The notes under the pieces: model-generated
The model's database searches: none
What the model was told of the DNA's origin: nothing
What the model saw: the letters and a program-made list of their open reading frames with translations, nothing else
In this document: positions 48,973 through 59,859 of the stretch, piece after piece
Layout of the letters: every line of letters begins with the position of its first letter
Position numbering within the stretch: position 1 is the first letter of the stretch
Source: Chitinophaga pinensis
Lineage (GTDB): Bacteria > Bacteroidota > Bacteroidia > Flavobacteriales > Flavobacteriaceae
Assembly (NCBI GenBank): GCA_945873505.1
Contig: CAMCDQ010000007.1
Span: 3,653 to 67,652, forward strand
Reading direction: 5' to 3'
Length of the DNA stretch: 64,000 bases
Made by a program: the position numbers and the translations under genes

Positions 48973-51000
48973 ATGAGCATCTTAACATCAACATTCCTAA
49001 CAAAACACAATACTGCTCCATTTTCGCAAATAAAACTAGACGATTACCAACCTGCTTTTATTGAGAATATTGCTGCTGCAAAAGCTGAAATCGATGCGAT
49101 TATCAATAATCCTGCTGCTCCAACTTTCGAAAATACGATCGAAGCGATGGAATTTTCTGGAAATGCTTTGGACCGATTATCCTCAATTTTCTTTAATCTA
49201 AATTCGGCTGAAACTTGCGAGGAAATGCAAAAAATTGCGCAAGAAGTGACACCGTTATTAACTGAATTTAGCAATGATATTACGCTAAACGAAGATTTAT
49301 TCAAAAGAATAAAAGCGGTTTATGAGCAAAAAGATGGTCTAAATTTATTCGCTGAACAAGCTACTTTATTAGACAAAAAATTCAAAAGTTTTTCTAGAAA
49401 CGGCGCTTTACTCTCAGAGGATAAAAAATTAAAACTTCGCGAAATCGACACCGAATTAGCCAAACTAAAACTGACTTACGGCGAAAACGTTTTGGCTGAA
49501 ACCAACAATTATCAACTGCACATTACCCAAGAAAGCGATTTAAAAGGCTTACCAGAAGGCACAATAGAAGCCGCTCATTCTTTGGCGAAAAGCCTTGAAA
49601 AAGAAGGTTGGATTTTCACTTTGGACCATCCAAGTTATATTCCATTTGTAACGTATTCCGACAATCGGGAATTGCGTAAAAAAATGGCGATTGCTTTCGG
49701 AGCGCGTGCTTTTCAAAACAATGAATTCGACAACCAAGAAATCGTTTTAAAAATTGCGAAATTACGTTTCGATAGAGCACAAGTTTTGGGTTACGCGACG
49801 CACGCCCATTTTGTTTTGGAAGAAAGAATGGCAGAAAATCCAGAGAAAGTAAAAACATTCTCCAATGATTTATTAGCTAAAGCCAAACCAGCAGCTCAAA
49901 AAGAATTTGCTGAATTAACTGCTTTCGCCAAAAAATTAGACGGAATTGACCAATTAGAAAAATGGGATGGCGCGTATTATTCTGAGAAATTAAAGCAACA
50001 ATTATTCAATTTAGACGACGAAACGTTGAAGCCTTATTTCCAATTAGAAAAAGTTTTAAACGGTGCTATTACTATTGCCGGAAAACTATTTGGATTGACT
50101 TTTACTGAAATTTTCGACATTGATACCTACCACGAAGAAGTAAAAACGTATGAAGTAAAAGACGAAGACAATCAATTAATTGCTATTTTCTACGCCGATT
50201 TCTTTCCCAGAAAAGGCAAACGAAATGGCGCTTGGATGACTTCTTTCAAATCACAGTATATTAAAGACAGCAAGAACGAAAGACCTCATATTTCCAACGT
50301 TTGCAACTTTACCAAACCAACCGAAACCAAGCCGTCACTTTTAACTTTTAATGAAGTAACGACTTTATTTCACGAATTTGGACACGGTTTGCACGGAATG
50401 TTGGCCAATACGACTTACCCAAGTTTGTCGGGAACAAGCGTTTATTGGGATTTTGTAGAATTGCCAAGTCAAATTATGGAAAACTGGTGTTACGAGTCGG
50501 AAGCATTGGCTTTGTTTGCCTATCATTATCAAACCGACGAAATGATTCCGATGGAATTAGTGCAAAAAATCAAAGAAAGTGCCAGTTTTCAAGAAGGAAT
50601 GGCAACGATGCGCCAATTGAGTTTCGGATTGTTAGATATGGGTTGGCACGGTCAAGACCCATCGAACATAAAAGACATAAAAACATTTGAAACCGAGCAA
50701 TTTTCAGCTACGCAATTGTATCCAGAAGTCAAAGAAAACGCAATGAGTACTGCTTTTTCACATATTTTTCAAGGTGGTTATTCATCTGGATATTACAGTT
50801 ACAAATGGGCAGAAGTTCTCGATGCTGACGCTTTTGCTTATTTCCAAGAAAAAGGAATTTTCAATAAAGAAGTGGCAACAAAATTTAAAGAAAATGTACT
50901 TTCCAAAGGCGGAACCGAACATCCCATGGTTTTGTACAAACGCTTTAGAGGTCAAGAACCAAAACCTGACACGCTATTAAAACGTGCTGGATTGATTTAG
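48973..51000 (+). CDS. M3 family metallopeptidase (Dcp/oligopeptidase A-like)
   Basis: GKRNGAWM, TLFHEFGHGLH, WDFVELPSQ, GYYSYKWAEVLDAD. Confidence 0.94.
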   Translation: MSILTSTFLTKHNTAPFSQIKLDDYQPAFIENIAAAKAEIDAIINNPAAPTFENTIEAMEFSGNALDRLSSIFFNLNSAETCEEMQKIAQEVTPLLTEFSNDITLNEDLFKRIKAVYEQKDGLNLFAEQATLLDKKFKSFSRNGALLSEDKKLKLREIDTELAKLKLTYGENVLAETNNYQLHITQESDLKGLPEGTIEAAHSLAKSLEKEGWIFTLDHPSYIPFVTYSDNRELRKKMAIAFGARAFQNNEFDNQEIVLKIAKLRFDRAQVLGYATHAHFVLEERMAENPEKVKTFSNDLLAKAKPAAQKEFAELTAFAKKLDGIDQLEKWDGAYYSEKLKQQLFNLDDETLKPYFQLEKVLNGAITIAGKLFGLTFTEIFDIDTYHEEVKTYEVKDEDNQLIAIFYADFFPRKGKRNGAWMTSFKSQYIKDSKNERPHISNVCNFTKPTETKPSLLTFNEVTTLFHEFGHGLHGMLANTTYPSLSGTSVYWDFVELPSQIMENWCYESEALALFAYHYQTDEMIPMELVQKIKESASFQEGMATMRQLSFGLLDMGWHGQDPSNIKDIKTFETEQFSATQLYPEVKENAMSTAFSHIFQGGYSSGYYSYKWAEVLDADAFAYFQEKGIFNKEVATKFKENVLSKGGTEHPMVLYKRFRGQEPKPDTLLKRAGLI

Positions 51001-51006
51001 ATATTT

Positions 51007-51034
51007 GAAACCGAATTGAAAACTTCGGTTTTTT
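51007..51034. terminator. Terminator between convergent genes
   Basis: aaaccgaa/ttcggttt stem plus T run. Confidence 0.6.
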
Positions 51035-51848
51035 ATTTCAGAAATAAATAGATTAACCACCACAAAATCGGGACACTTTCTACCCAAAATGATGTGTAGT
51101 ATTTTGAACGATTTTCATTGCTAAAAACTAGAAAAATTGCAATTACAATAGCAATTACAAAATTCAATAACAATTCTAAAAATTGAAAATTGCTATTGAA
51201 AAACCCCAATCCACAAAAAACCATCAATAAAACAAACCCAAGAATTTTAGTTCGCTTCACACCTATTTGCTGCGGAACGGTTTTCAAATGCGGGTCGTCC
51301 GTTTTTAAATCTATAATTTCAAAAATTAGAATTATAGAAAAAATTAATAAAAACCGTTGCAATGCAATTATATAAAAAAAGTTTTGGAAGGAAATTTCTG
51401 AATTTAAAATTGGCAGCATAACCGTAACTCCAACCCAACAAATGGCAACAATATATATTTTCAATCCTGCCCAATTTCTTGCATTTTTAGTATTTGGAAA
51501 AAAAGGAAGTGTGTATAAAATTGTCAAAACCAAGAAAAAAGTAGCACTAATTTTAGTAGTAAATTGTAATTTAAAAAAGTAAAAAATAACTAATAATAAT
51601 GCTGCAAAACTAATTAAAGTAATGGCTTTCAATTGACTTCGCATTTTATTTTTATTGGCACGAGCCAAAGCGTCAAATTTTACGAAATTATATCCTACAA
51701 TTGTTCCAAAAAAAGCAAAAAAGGCAACAGAATTATCATTTGTAATGTTCAACATTAAATAAGTAACTTTTACCAACGCAAAACAAGATAATGCAACGTG
51801 AATACTCGAATTGATATAAAAATCTAATAATTGCTTTAAAAATTTCAT
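51033..51848 (-). CDS. Integral membrane protein, UbiA-prenyltransferase-like
   Basis: Multiple TMs; NSSIHVA, EIIDLKTD, TVPQQIG motifs. Confidence 0.65.
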   Translation of the reverse strand: MKFLKQLLDFYINSSIHVALSCFALVKVTYLMLNITNDNSVAFFAFFGTIVGYNFVKFDALARANKNKMRSQLKAITLISFAALLLVIFYFFKLQFTTKISATFFLVLTILYTLPFFPNTKNARNWAGLKIYIVAICWVGVTVMLPILNSEISFQNFFYIIALQRFLLIFSIILIFEIIDLKTDDPHLKTVPQQIGVKRTKILGFVLLMVFCGLGFFNSNFQFLELLLNFVIAIVIAIFLVFSNENRSKYYTSFWVESVPILWWLIYLFLK

Positions 51849-51985
51849 TAAACAAAATTAATCAAACTGTTAATAAGAATGGCATTTAGTTGAAAAATTC
51901 TTGGAATTTGAGTCCTATTTCAATCTAAATTTTGATAATAATGCATAAATTTGTATTTCTAAAATAACTACACTTTTATTACAAT

Positions 51986-54835
51986 ATGAAAACAGATACT
52001 TTTGCTTTAAGACACATTGGGCCAAGAGAAAATGACCTTAAACACATGCTGAAAACAATCGGAGCAGAAACGCTTGACCAATTGATTTTAGAAACGATTC
52101 CAGATGATATTCGATTAAAATCTCCTTTAAATTTAGATCCTGCAATGACAGAATATGAGTTTTCAAATCATATTGCTGCTTTAGGAAATAAAAATAAAAT
52201 GTTTCAATCCTACATTGGTTTGGGTTACAATCAAGCAATTGTCCCTGCTGTAATCCAAAGAAATATTTTTGAAAACCCAGGTTGGTATACTGCTTATACT
52301 CCATATCAAGCGGAAATTGCACAAGGCAGATTGGAAGCTGTTTTGAATTTTCAAACAATGGTTATTGAATTAACTGGAATGGAAATAGCCAATGCATCAT
52401 TATTAGATGAAGGAACTGCGGCCGCTGAGGCTATGGCATTATTATTTGATGTTCGTTCTCGTGATCAAAAGAAAAATAATATTTGTAAATTCTTCGTTTC
52501 TGAAGAAATTTTACCTCAAACTTTATCAGTTTTACAAACACGTTCTTCGCCAATTGGGGTAGAATTAGTAATTGGAAACCATGAAACCTTCGATTTTTCA
52601 TCTGATTTTTATGGTGCAATTCTTCAATATCCTGGAAAATTTGGACAGGTTCATGATTACGCAGGATTTATTGCTAAATCAAAAGAAAACGAGATTAAAG
52701 TTGCCGTTGCAGCAGATATTTTGAGCTTAGTTAAATTAACTCCCCCGGGAGAAATGGGTGCCGATGTAGTTTTAGGAACCACGCAACGATTTGGAATTCC
52801 GTTGGGTTATGGAGGTCCTCACGCTGCTTATTTTGCGACAAAAGACGAATACAAAAGAAGTATGCCGGGAAGAATTATCGGAGTTACGGTGGACACCAAT
52901 GGAAATCGTGCTTTGAGAATGGCTTTGCAAACTCGCGAACAACATATAAAACGTGACAAAGCGACTTCAAATATCTGTACCGCACAAGTATTATTGTCAG
53001 TAATGGCTGGAATGTACAGCGTTTATCACGGTCCTAAGGGATTAAAATATATTGCCAATAAAGTACATGCTTCTGCAGCAACTTTGGCAAACGAATTAAC
53101 AAAATTAGGTTTTGAACAAAAAAATAGTGCCTTTTTCGACACGATTGTTATTAAAGCAGATGCGAAAAAAGTAAATAAAATTGCGTTAGAAAACGAAATC
53201 AACTTTTACTATATCGATGATAATTCGGTTTCGATTTCTTTGAATGAAACTACAAGTATTTCCGATTTAAATAAAATTATTGGTGTTTTCGCTTCCGCAA
53301 ATGGAACGCAGGCAACGACAATTCAAGATTTGACTGAAACGAATCATTTTCCTTCAACTTTAAGTAGAACATCTACTTTTTTACAACATGATGTTTTCAA
53401 TAAATACCATTCGGAATCAGCAATGATGCGGTATATCAAAATGTTGGAACGTAAAGATTTATCTTTAAATCATTCGATGATTTCTTTAGGTTCTTGTACA
53501 ATGAAACTAAATGCAGCATCAGAAATGTTGCCTTTAAGCAATCCACAATGGAATAACATTCACCCATTTGTGCCTGTTGATCAAGCGCAAGGATATAAAG
53601 AAATGCTGATCAAATTAGAACAACAATTAAATGTGATTACTGGTTTTGCAGGTACAACTTTACAACCTAATTCGGGAGCTCAAGGCGAATATGCTGGACT
53701 TATGGTTATTCGCGCGTACCATCAATCTCGTGGTGATCATCACAGAAATATCGCTTTAATTCCATCGTCGGCACACGGAACAAATCCAGCTTCAGCAGCT
53801 ATGGCAGGAATGAAAGTTATTGTTACTAAAACTTTAGAAAACGGAAATATTGATGTGGATGATTTGCGTGAAAAAGCACTTCTCTACAAAGACAATCTTT
53901 CTTGTTTAATGGTAACTTATCCATCTACTCACGGTGTTTTTGAAAGTGCAATAAGAGAAATTACACAATTAATTCACGATAATGGCGGGCAAGTTTATAT
54001 GGACGGTGCCAATATGAATGCGCAAGTAGGATTGACAAATCCAGCAACAATTGGCGCAGACGTTTGTCACTTGAATTTACATAAAACATTTTCTATTCCT
54101 CACGGTGGCGGAGGTCCAGGTGTTGGGCCAATTTGTGTTGCACCTCAATTAGTTCCTTTTTTACCATCAAATCCATTAATATGTACTGGCGGAGAAAATG
54201 CCATAACGGCAATATCTGCAGCGCCTTGGGGATCAGCTTTGGTGTGTTTGATTTCCTATGGATACATTTCAATGTTAGGAGCTGAAGGAGTAACGAATGC
54301 TACTAAATATGCCATTCTAAATGCCAATTATATTAAAGAGCGTTTAAACGGTCATTACGATACTTTGTATTCTGGCGAAATGGGTCGAGCAGCCCACGAA
54401 ATGATTTTGGAATGTCGTCCTTTCAAACAAAAAGGAGTTGAAGTTACCGATATTGCAAAACGATTGATGGATTATGGTTTTCATGCGCCAACAGTTTCGT
54501 TTCCAGTAGCTGGAACCTTAATGATTGAGCCAACAGAAAGTGAAAATTTAGAGGAATTAGATCGTTTTTGCGATGCTATGATCGCTATCAGAAAAGAAAT
54601 TGAAGCAAGCACATTGGAAGATCACGATACCGTTTTGAAAAATGCACCTCATACTTTAGCTATGCTTACAACAGATGTTTGGAATTTTCCTTACACACGT
54701 GAAAAGGCTGCTTTTCCATTGGATTATATTGCCGAAAATAAATTTTGGCCTACAGTTCGAAGAACAGATGATGCTTATGGCGATAGAAATTTAGTTTGCT
54801 CTTGCGCACCTATTGAAGTTTATATAGAAAACTAG
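51986..54835 (+). CDS. gcvP: Glycine dehydrogenase (glycine cleavage P protein)
   Basis: YTAYTPYQAEIAQGRLE, TSNICTAQ, LGSCTMKLN, HLNLHKTF, GGGGPG. Confidence 0.98.
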   Translation: MKTDTFALRHIGPRENDLKHMLKTIGAETLDQLILETIPDDIRLKSPLNLDPAMTEYEFSNHIAALGNKNKMFQSYIGLGYNQAIVPAVIQRNIFENPGWYTAYTPYQAEIAQGRLEAVLNFQTMVIELTGMEIANASLLDEGTAAAEAMALLFDVRSRDQKKNNICKFFVSEEILPQTLSVLQTRSSPIGVELVIGNHETFDFSSDFYGAILQYPGKFGQVHDYAGFIAKSKENEIKVAVAADILSLVKLTPPGEMGADVVLGTTQRFGIPLGYGGPHAAYFATKDEYKRSMPGRIIGVTVDTNGNRALRMALQTREQHIKRDKATSNICTAQVLLSVMAGMYSVYHGPKGLKYIANKVHASAATLANELTKLGFEQKNSAFFDTIVIKADAKKVNKIALENEINFYYIDDNSVSISLNETTSISDLNKIIGVFASANGTQATTIQDLTETNHFPSTLSRTSTFLQHDVFNKYHSESAMMRYIKMLERKDLSLNHSMISLGSCTMKLNAASEMLPLSNPQWNNIHPFVPVDQAQGYKEMLIKLEQQLNVITGFAGTTLQPNSGAQGEYAGLMVIRAYHQSRGDHHRNIALIPSSAHGTNPASAAMAGMKVIVTKTLENGNIDVDDLREKALLYKDNLSCLMVTYPSTHGVFESAIREITQLIHDNGGQVYMDGANMNAQVGLTNPATIGADVCHLNLHKTFSIPHGGGGPGVGPICVAPQLVPFLPSNPLICTGGENAITAISAAPWGSALVCLISYGYISMLGAEGVTNATKYAILNANYIKERLNGHYDTLYSGEMGRAAHEMILECRPFKQKGVEVTDIAKRLMDYGFHAPTVSFPVAGTLMIEPTESENLEELDRFCDAMIAIRKEIEASTLEDHDTVLKNAPHTLAMLTTDVWNFPYTREKAAFPLDYIAENKFWPTVRRTDDAYGDRNLVCSCAPIEVYIEN

Positions 54836-54853
54836 CTATATGTTATTTAACAT

Positions 54854-54894
54854 AAAATCCATTTCAAGTCTTATAATTTGAAATGGATTTTTTT
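54854..54894 (+). terminator. gcvP terminator
   Basis: Perfect 14-bp stem aaaatccatttcaa/ttgaaatggatttt plus T run. Confidence 0.8.
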
Positions 54895-54904
54895 ATATTT
54901 GGAT

Positions 54905-55294
54905 ATGAAAGACATTTTAAACACCGATGATTTATACTTATTAGTAGATGATTTTTATAAAAAATTATTATTTGATAAATCTATTAGTTACATTTTTACG
55001 GATGTTGTGAAAATTAAATTGGAAGAACATTTGCCAATACTCGTGACATTTTGGTCGCAAGCCATTTTTGATACTGGGGGATATTACAATAATCTCACAA
55101 AAATTCATTTAGACATTAGTGAAAAAGAATATTTGACACCCGAACTTTTTACAATTTGGCTCAAACATTTTAATGCAGCTGTTGACGAAAATTTTATGGG
55201 AACAAATTCGGAAAAAATAAAAACACAAGCTTTGAGTTTGGCTACGATAATGCAAATTAAAATCAATTTAAGTAACAAATCTTTAGATAATTAA
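54905..55294 (+). CDS. Group III truncated hemoglobin
   Basis: LVDDFYKK, EHLPILVTFWSQ, KIH, F.IWLKHF; ATG 54905 preferred because the TTG at 54878 lies inside the terminator stem. Confidence 0.85.
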   Translation: MKDILNTDDLYLLVDDFYKKLLFDKSISYIFTDVVKIKLEEHLPILVTFWSQAIFDTGGYYNNLTKIHLDISEKEYLTPELFTIWLKHFNAAVDENFMGTNSEKIKTQALSLATIMQIKINLSNKSLDN

Positions 55295-55410
55295 TATTTT
55301 TTAAGCTTAAAATGAAATTATTTCATAATTATATGCACGCATAGTATTATTTTTACTTAAATAATAAAAATTATTGCTACATTAGCTTGTAATAATTTAC
55401 CGAATCTATA

Positions 55411-56469
55411 ATGAATATACAAATAACGGGTTCCGGAAGTTATATTCCGGAATTAAAAATCAGCAATACCGATTTTAGCGAACATCATTTCATGAATGAA
55501 GACGGAAGTCCTTTTGGTTATAGCAACGATATTGTAATTGGAAAATTCAAAGGGATTACTGGAATAGAAGAAAGACGTTATGCAGAGCCAAATATTCTTA
55601 CTTCTGATATGGCTTATTTAGCCGCTGAAAAAGCAATTCAAAACTCAGGCATTGATTCAGAAACATTAGATTATATTATTCTTGCACATAACTTTGGTGA
55701 TATAAAAAGCGGAACTATTCAATCGGATGCTGTTCCTTGTTTGGCAGCTCGCGTGAAGCATAAATTACAAATTCAAAATCCAAAGTGTGTTGCCTTCGAT
55801 ATACTTTTCGGTTGTCCAGGTTGGATTGAAGGAATGCTTCAGGCATATTCTTTGATAAAATCGGGAATGGCTAAAAAATGCTTAGTTATAGGAGCAGAAT
55901 CATTGTCACGTGTTGTCGATCCGCATGATAGAGACTCCATGATTTATGCAGATGGAGCCGGTGCAACAATTGTTGAAATTACTAATGAAAATGGCGGAAT
56001 GCTATCTCACGAAAGTGCTTCCTATACATTCAGCGAAAAAGACTACCTGTTTTTTGGAAAATCGTTCAATTCAGAATTGAATCCTGATATAAGTTACATA
56101 AAAATGTACGGTCGTAAAATATATGAATTTGCTTTAAGTCACGTACCAACAGCAATGAAAAGTTGCTTGGAGAAAAGTGGAGTTGCAATTGAAGATGTTA
56201 AAAAAATTCTTATTCATCAAGCCAATGAAAAAATGGATGAAGCTATAATCAACCGTTTTTATAAATTATACGACCAAAAAGCACCTGAAGGAATTATGCC
56301 AATGAGTATTAATTTTTTAGGAAATAGTAGTGTGGCAACCATTCCAACTTTGTTTGATTTAATGGTAAACGGAAAACTTGAAAATCAAGAAATTAAAAAG
56401 GGCGATGTCCTACTTTTTGCATCTGTTGGTGCTGGAATGAATATTAATGCCTTTGTTTATAGGTATTAG
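55411..56469 (+). CDS. Second 3-oxoacyl-ACP synthase III family protein
   Basis: FGCPGW catalytic Cys, IHQAN, LGNSSVATIP, ASVGAGM. Confidence 0.9.
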   Translation: MNIQITGSGSYIPELKISNTDFSEHHFMNEDGSPFGYSNDIVIGKFKGITGIEERRYAEPNILTSDMAYLAAEKAIQNSGIDSETLDYIILAHNFGDIKSGTIQSDAVPCLAARVKHKLQIQNPKCVAFDILFGCPGWIEGMLQAYSLIKSGMAKKCLVIGAESLSRVVDPHDRDSMIYADGAGATIVEITNENGGMLSHESASYTFSEKDYLFFGKSFNSELNPDISYIKMYGRKIYEFALSHVPTAMKSCLEKSGVAIEDVKKILIHQANEKMDEAIINRFYKLYDQKAPEGIMPMSINFLGNSSVATIPTLFDLMVNGKLENQEIKKGDVLLFASVGAGMNINAFVYRY

Positions 56470-57932
56470 AATTTGAGTTTCAACATTGTTTTTTCTATCC
56501 AAAAATTATAAGAAAATACTAATTTGAGTTTGTAAATAAGCAATAAATTCATTGACAAACAGAACATTGTTTTGTAAATTAAATTCCATAAATTACTTTC
56601 AAAATCTGGTAAATAGCTGCTTACGAAAAGCACGATACCAAATACTAAAATCAATTTTAAATAGGATTTATCAAAGGGAAGAATTCGAAATTTTTGATAT
56701 ATAAACAGTAATTTTGAAAAATTAAAGAGCAACATTGCAATTAATGAAGCAACGGCAACGCCTTCAACTCCATAATGAAATACTTTTATAAAAACGATAT
56801 TCAGGGAAATATTCAATAGGATTAAGACCCCAATTGCAATCAAATTAAACCTATAATATTTTGAATACGTAATAATTTCTCCATTAAATCCAGTTCCCAT
56901 ATTCACTAAAACATTGAAGCCTAAAATCAAAATTATAGGAACGGATGCCATTAAATTTTCGTGTGTTGGCAATAGTAAAAACAAGTTTTCAATACCTAGA
57001 AATATGCAACTGTAAAGCAGTGCGCCAATGAAAAATAGTAATTTTGAAATTTCTTTATATTTTAAATCCAATTCGGCAATGGCATTATTTTTTATGTAAT
57101 TGGATATAATTGGTGCGTATAAAATAAAAATTCCTGTTGCAGGAACAGCAAGTGCCGACGCTAATGTTACTCCAATGCTAAAGGTTCCGTTGTCTTCCAT
57201 CGAAAGGAATTTGGGAATCATAATTGAATCAATTCTAAACGCAAATACAGAACCTAAACTTCCCGCAAAAGCATATAATGAAAAGCGATACATTTCGGTT
57301 TTGCTAATTTCTGTAAAAAGCGATTTGAAATTGAAATTGAATTCAGGTTTGAAATAGTAAAAAAGATATATTGCTATAAATAGAGCTATCAAACTGTATG
57401 AAATAATATAAAAAAGTAATGCTTCTTCAGTAGAATAGTAGTTGTTTAAAACCATCAAAAACACTATTGGCAATGCTATTTTAGGAATTATATTATCAAA
57501 AAAAGTAGGAACTGCAATTTTCTGAATTATCGTAGCTTGCTTTTTAAATAAATCTATAAAAGCCAACGAAAAGGCAATTGGAAATGCTAGATAAATATAC
57601 TTAAACCCTTTCAATGCTGGAAAATATGAAAATAACCCTATTGAAGTTAGCAATAGCAAACTCATTGCAAAAACAGATAAAAGGCTATAATTAAACAACT
57701 GTTTTTCTTGTTTATTGTCTAATTTTGGTCCAAATTTTATTAAAGCTTGAGAGGCACCTAAAAGCATTATTGGAAACAAAATTTGAGCTAAAGATTCTAC
57801 ATATCTGAAAACGCCAAGCATTTCTTTGTTTTTTGGATAGATAAAAAGTGTAGAAACGATTCCTATTAAGATCCCCACATAATTAATTATGGTAAAGAAA
57901 AAAGCTTGTTTGTGTGTTGCTTTATTTTGCAT
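56466..57932 (-). CDS. Polysaccharide biosynthesis/export (Wzx/MATE-like) flippase
   Basis: About 13-14 TMs; RIDSIMI..LS..G.FS; convergent 4-nt overlap with the FabH-like gene. Confidence 0.82.
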   Translation of the reverse strand: MQNKATHKQAFFFTIINYVGILIGIVSTLFIYPKNKEMLGVFRYVESLAQILFPIMLLGASQALIKFGPKLDNKQEKQLFNYSLLSVFAMSLLLLTSIGLFSYFPALKGFKYIYLAFPIAFSLAFIDLFKKQATIIQKIAVPTFFDNIIPKIALPIVFLMVLNNYYSTEEALLFYIISYSLIALFIAIYLFYYFKPEFNFNFKSLFTEISKTEMYRFSLYAFAGSLGSVFAFRIDSIMIPKFLSMEDNGTFSIGVTLASALAVPATGIFILYAPIISNYIKNNAIAELDLKYKEISKLLFFIGALLYSCIFLGIENLFLLLPTHENLMASVPIILILGFNVLVNMGTGFNGEIITYSKYYRFNLIAIGVLILLNISLNIVFIKVFHYGVEGVAVASLIAMLLFNFSKLLFIYQKFRILPFDKSYLKLILVFGIVLFVSSYLPDFESNLWNLIYKTMFCLSMNLLLIYKLKLVFSYNFWIEKTMLKLKF

Positions 57933-57934
57933 AA

Positions 57935-58837
57935 TTATTGAGTAAAAATTCCATTTATTCCTTTTTTTGAGTTAAATCGAATTTGCTTAATTGTTTTAAT
58001 ATTCAAAAGTAAACTAAAAAAATAGAGTTTCAGTTTATAAAAGAGATAAATAGACTTAAGAAATCCTTGAGATTTAAAATGAAATTTTGGTAATCCAAAA
58101 ACACATTTTAATCCAAGAATTAGCGACTTAAATATAGAATTATTACAATTTATAACCTGAATTAAAATCAAATACTGAGATTGTAATAGGATTTTATTGC
58201 TATTTAATTTAACAATCCTATCGTGACAAATTGCAGCATTTTTAACAATTCCAATTTTGAATTTGTGATAATGAACTCTATCGCAAAAATTCCGATCTTC
58301 GCCATAATGATTGAAAACAGGTTCAAAAAAGCCTACTTTTAGAAAACAGTCTTTTGAAACTAACCAAGCCGCTGCATTTACAAAGGGAACGATTCTGATG
58401 GAATTCAAGTCAGTTTCTTCCTCAAATTTATTGTAATAAGTACTGAAACTACTATCTAAAATGGTTTCGTCTGCGGAATAATGCATTGGACTTACAATTC
58501 CTAAATCTTGATTTTTAAATAATTTTTTGGCTAAGTTTGTAATTGTATTTTCAAAAATCCAACTGTCTTGGTTTAATAAAAAAATAGCGTCCGCACCGTT
58601 TTTAATTGCACTATCAATTCCTATATTATTGGCTTTGCCAAAACCTAAATTATTTTTATTTTGAATTAGTTCAACAGAGCTGAATTCCTCAATAACATTG
58701 ACGGTTTCGTCTGTTGATGCGTTATCAACAATAATAATATCAATTGGATAAGTAGAATTTAATAGTGAGTTTAAGTTCTTTCTAATCCAAATTTCCCCAT
58801 TAAAAGTAACAATAACTACGGCTATTTTCTTTTCCAA
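57935..58837 (-). CDS. GT2 glycosyltransferase
   Basis: VIVTFNG, VDNASTD, NLGFGKANN, LLNQD, YGED. Confidence 0.9.
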   Translation of the reverse strand: MEKKIAVVIVTFNGEIWIRKNLNSLLNSTYPIDIIIVDNASTDETVNVIEEFSSVELIQNKNNLGFGKANNIGIDSAIKNGADAIFLLNQDSWIFENTITNLAKKLFKNQDLGIVSPMHYSADETILDSSFSTYYNKFEEETDLNSIRIVPFVNAAAWLVSKDCFLKVGFFEPVFNHYGEDRNFCDRVHYHKFKIGIVKNAAICHDRIVKLNSNKILLQSQYLILIQVINCNNSIFKSLILGLKCVFGLPKFHFKSQGFLKSIYLFYKLKLYFFSLLLNIKTIKQIRFNSKKGINGIFTQ

Positions 58838-58899
58838 TCGAAAGTATTTTTTTTAATCAGTACAAAAATAATGATATTTGCAGTAGACTTTGATAAAAA

Positions 58900-59769
58900 A
58901 TGAAATATTACCTAATTATTCCTGCGCACAACGAAGCTGATTTTATTGCATTGACATTAAATTCTATTGCCTCTCAAACACTATTGCCGTCAAAAGTGGT
59001 GGTTGTCAATGACAATTCTACAGATGCAACGGCTTCAATTGTTACTGAATTTAGTACTGCGCACGACTATATTTCATTGGTAAATAAAACTTCAGAAGCC
59101 ATTCATTTGCCTGGAAGCAAAGTTATTCAGGCCTTTCATAAGGGATTTGAAACTATTGATGCGGATTTTGATGTTATTGTAAAATTAGACGCCGATTTGA
59201 TTTTGCCTGACAATTATTTTGAAACCATTATAAATCATTTCAAGAAAGATGATAAAATCGGAATGGTTGGTGGTTTTGCTTATATCGAAAAAAACGGAGA
59301 ATGGATTTTAGAGAATTTAACCGATAAAGATCATATTCGTGGTGCTTTTAAAGCCTATCGTAAAGAATGTTTTTTGCAAATAGGAAATTTAAAACCCGCT
59401 ATGGGTTGGGACACTGTGGATGAATTGTTATGTAAATTTTATGGTTGGAAAGTAGTTACCGATGCTGATTTGAAAGTAAAACATTTGAAACCAACTGGCG
59501 CAAATTACAATAAAACAGCCAGATTCAAGCAAGGAGAAGCTTTTTATACTTTAGGATATGGTTTTGTAATTACAGCAATAGCTTCTGCTAAATTGGCAAT
59601 ATTGAAAAGAAAACCTCTTTTATTTATTGATTACATTCAAGGTTTTTGGAAAGCCAAATTAAGTAAAAAACCACTTTTAGTTTCCGATGAACAAGCCAAA
59701 TTTATTAGAAATTATCGTTGGAATAAAATGAAAGGAAAGATATTTAGTATTTCGTCCAACCGTAATTAA
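58900..59769 (+). CDS. GT2 glycosyltransferase
   Basis: IPAHNE, VNDNSTD, KLDADL, MGWDTVD. Confidence 0.9.
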   Translation: MKYYLIIPAHNEADFIALTLNSIASQTLLPSKVVVVNDNSTDATASIVTEFSTAHDYISLVNKTSEAIHLPGSKVIQAFHKGFETIDADFDVIVKLDADLILPDNYFETIINHFKKDDKIGMVGGFAYIEKNGEWILENLTDKDHIRGAFKAYRKECFLQIGNLKPAMGWDTVDELLCKFYGWKVVTDADLKVKHLKPTGANYNKTARFKQGEAFYTLGYGFVITAIASAKLAILKRKPLLFIDYIQGFWKAKLSKKPLLVSDEQAKFIRNYRWNKMKGKIFSISSNRN

Positions 59770-59824
59770 AAACAAAATCTAAAATCCCAACAAAATACAG
59801 TATTTTTGCCTATGAATATTCTCG

Positions 59825-59853
59825 ACTGAATACTAAAACTGTAAACTGAACAC
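59825..59853 (+). repeat. Short actgaac-type heptamer tract
   Basis: actgaat actaaa actgtaa actgaac; same family as 41066-41142. Confidence 0.45.
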
Positions 59854-59859
59854 AAAAAA

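Noticed and set aside
51849-51985. Glycine riboswitch before gcvP (likewise FMN before ribF, preQ1 before queE, ZMP before purK)
   Set aside because: The leaders are short and AT-rich, with no recognisable aptamer motifs
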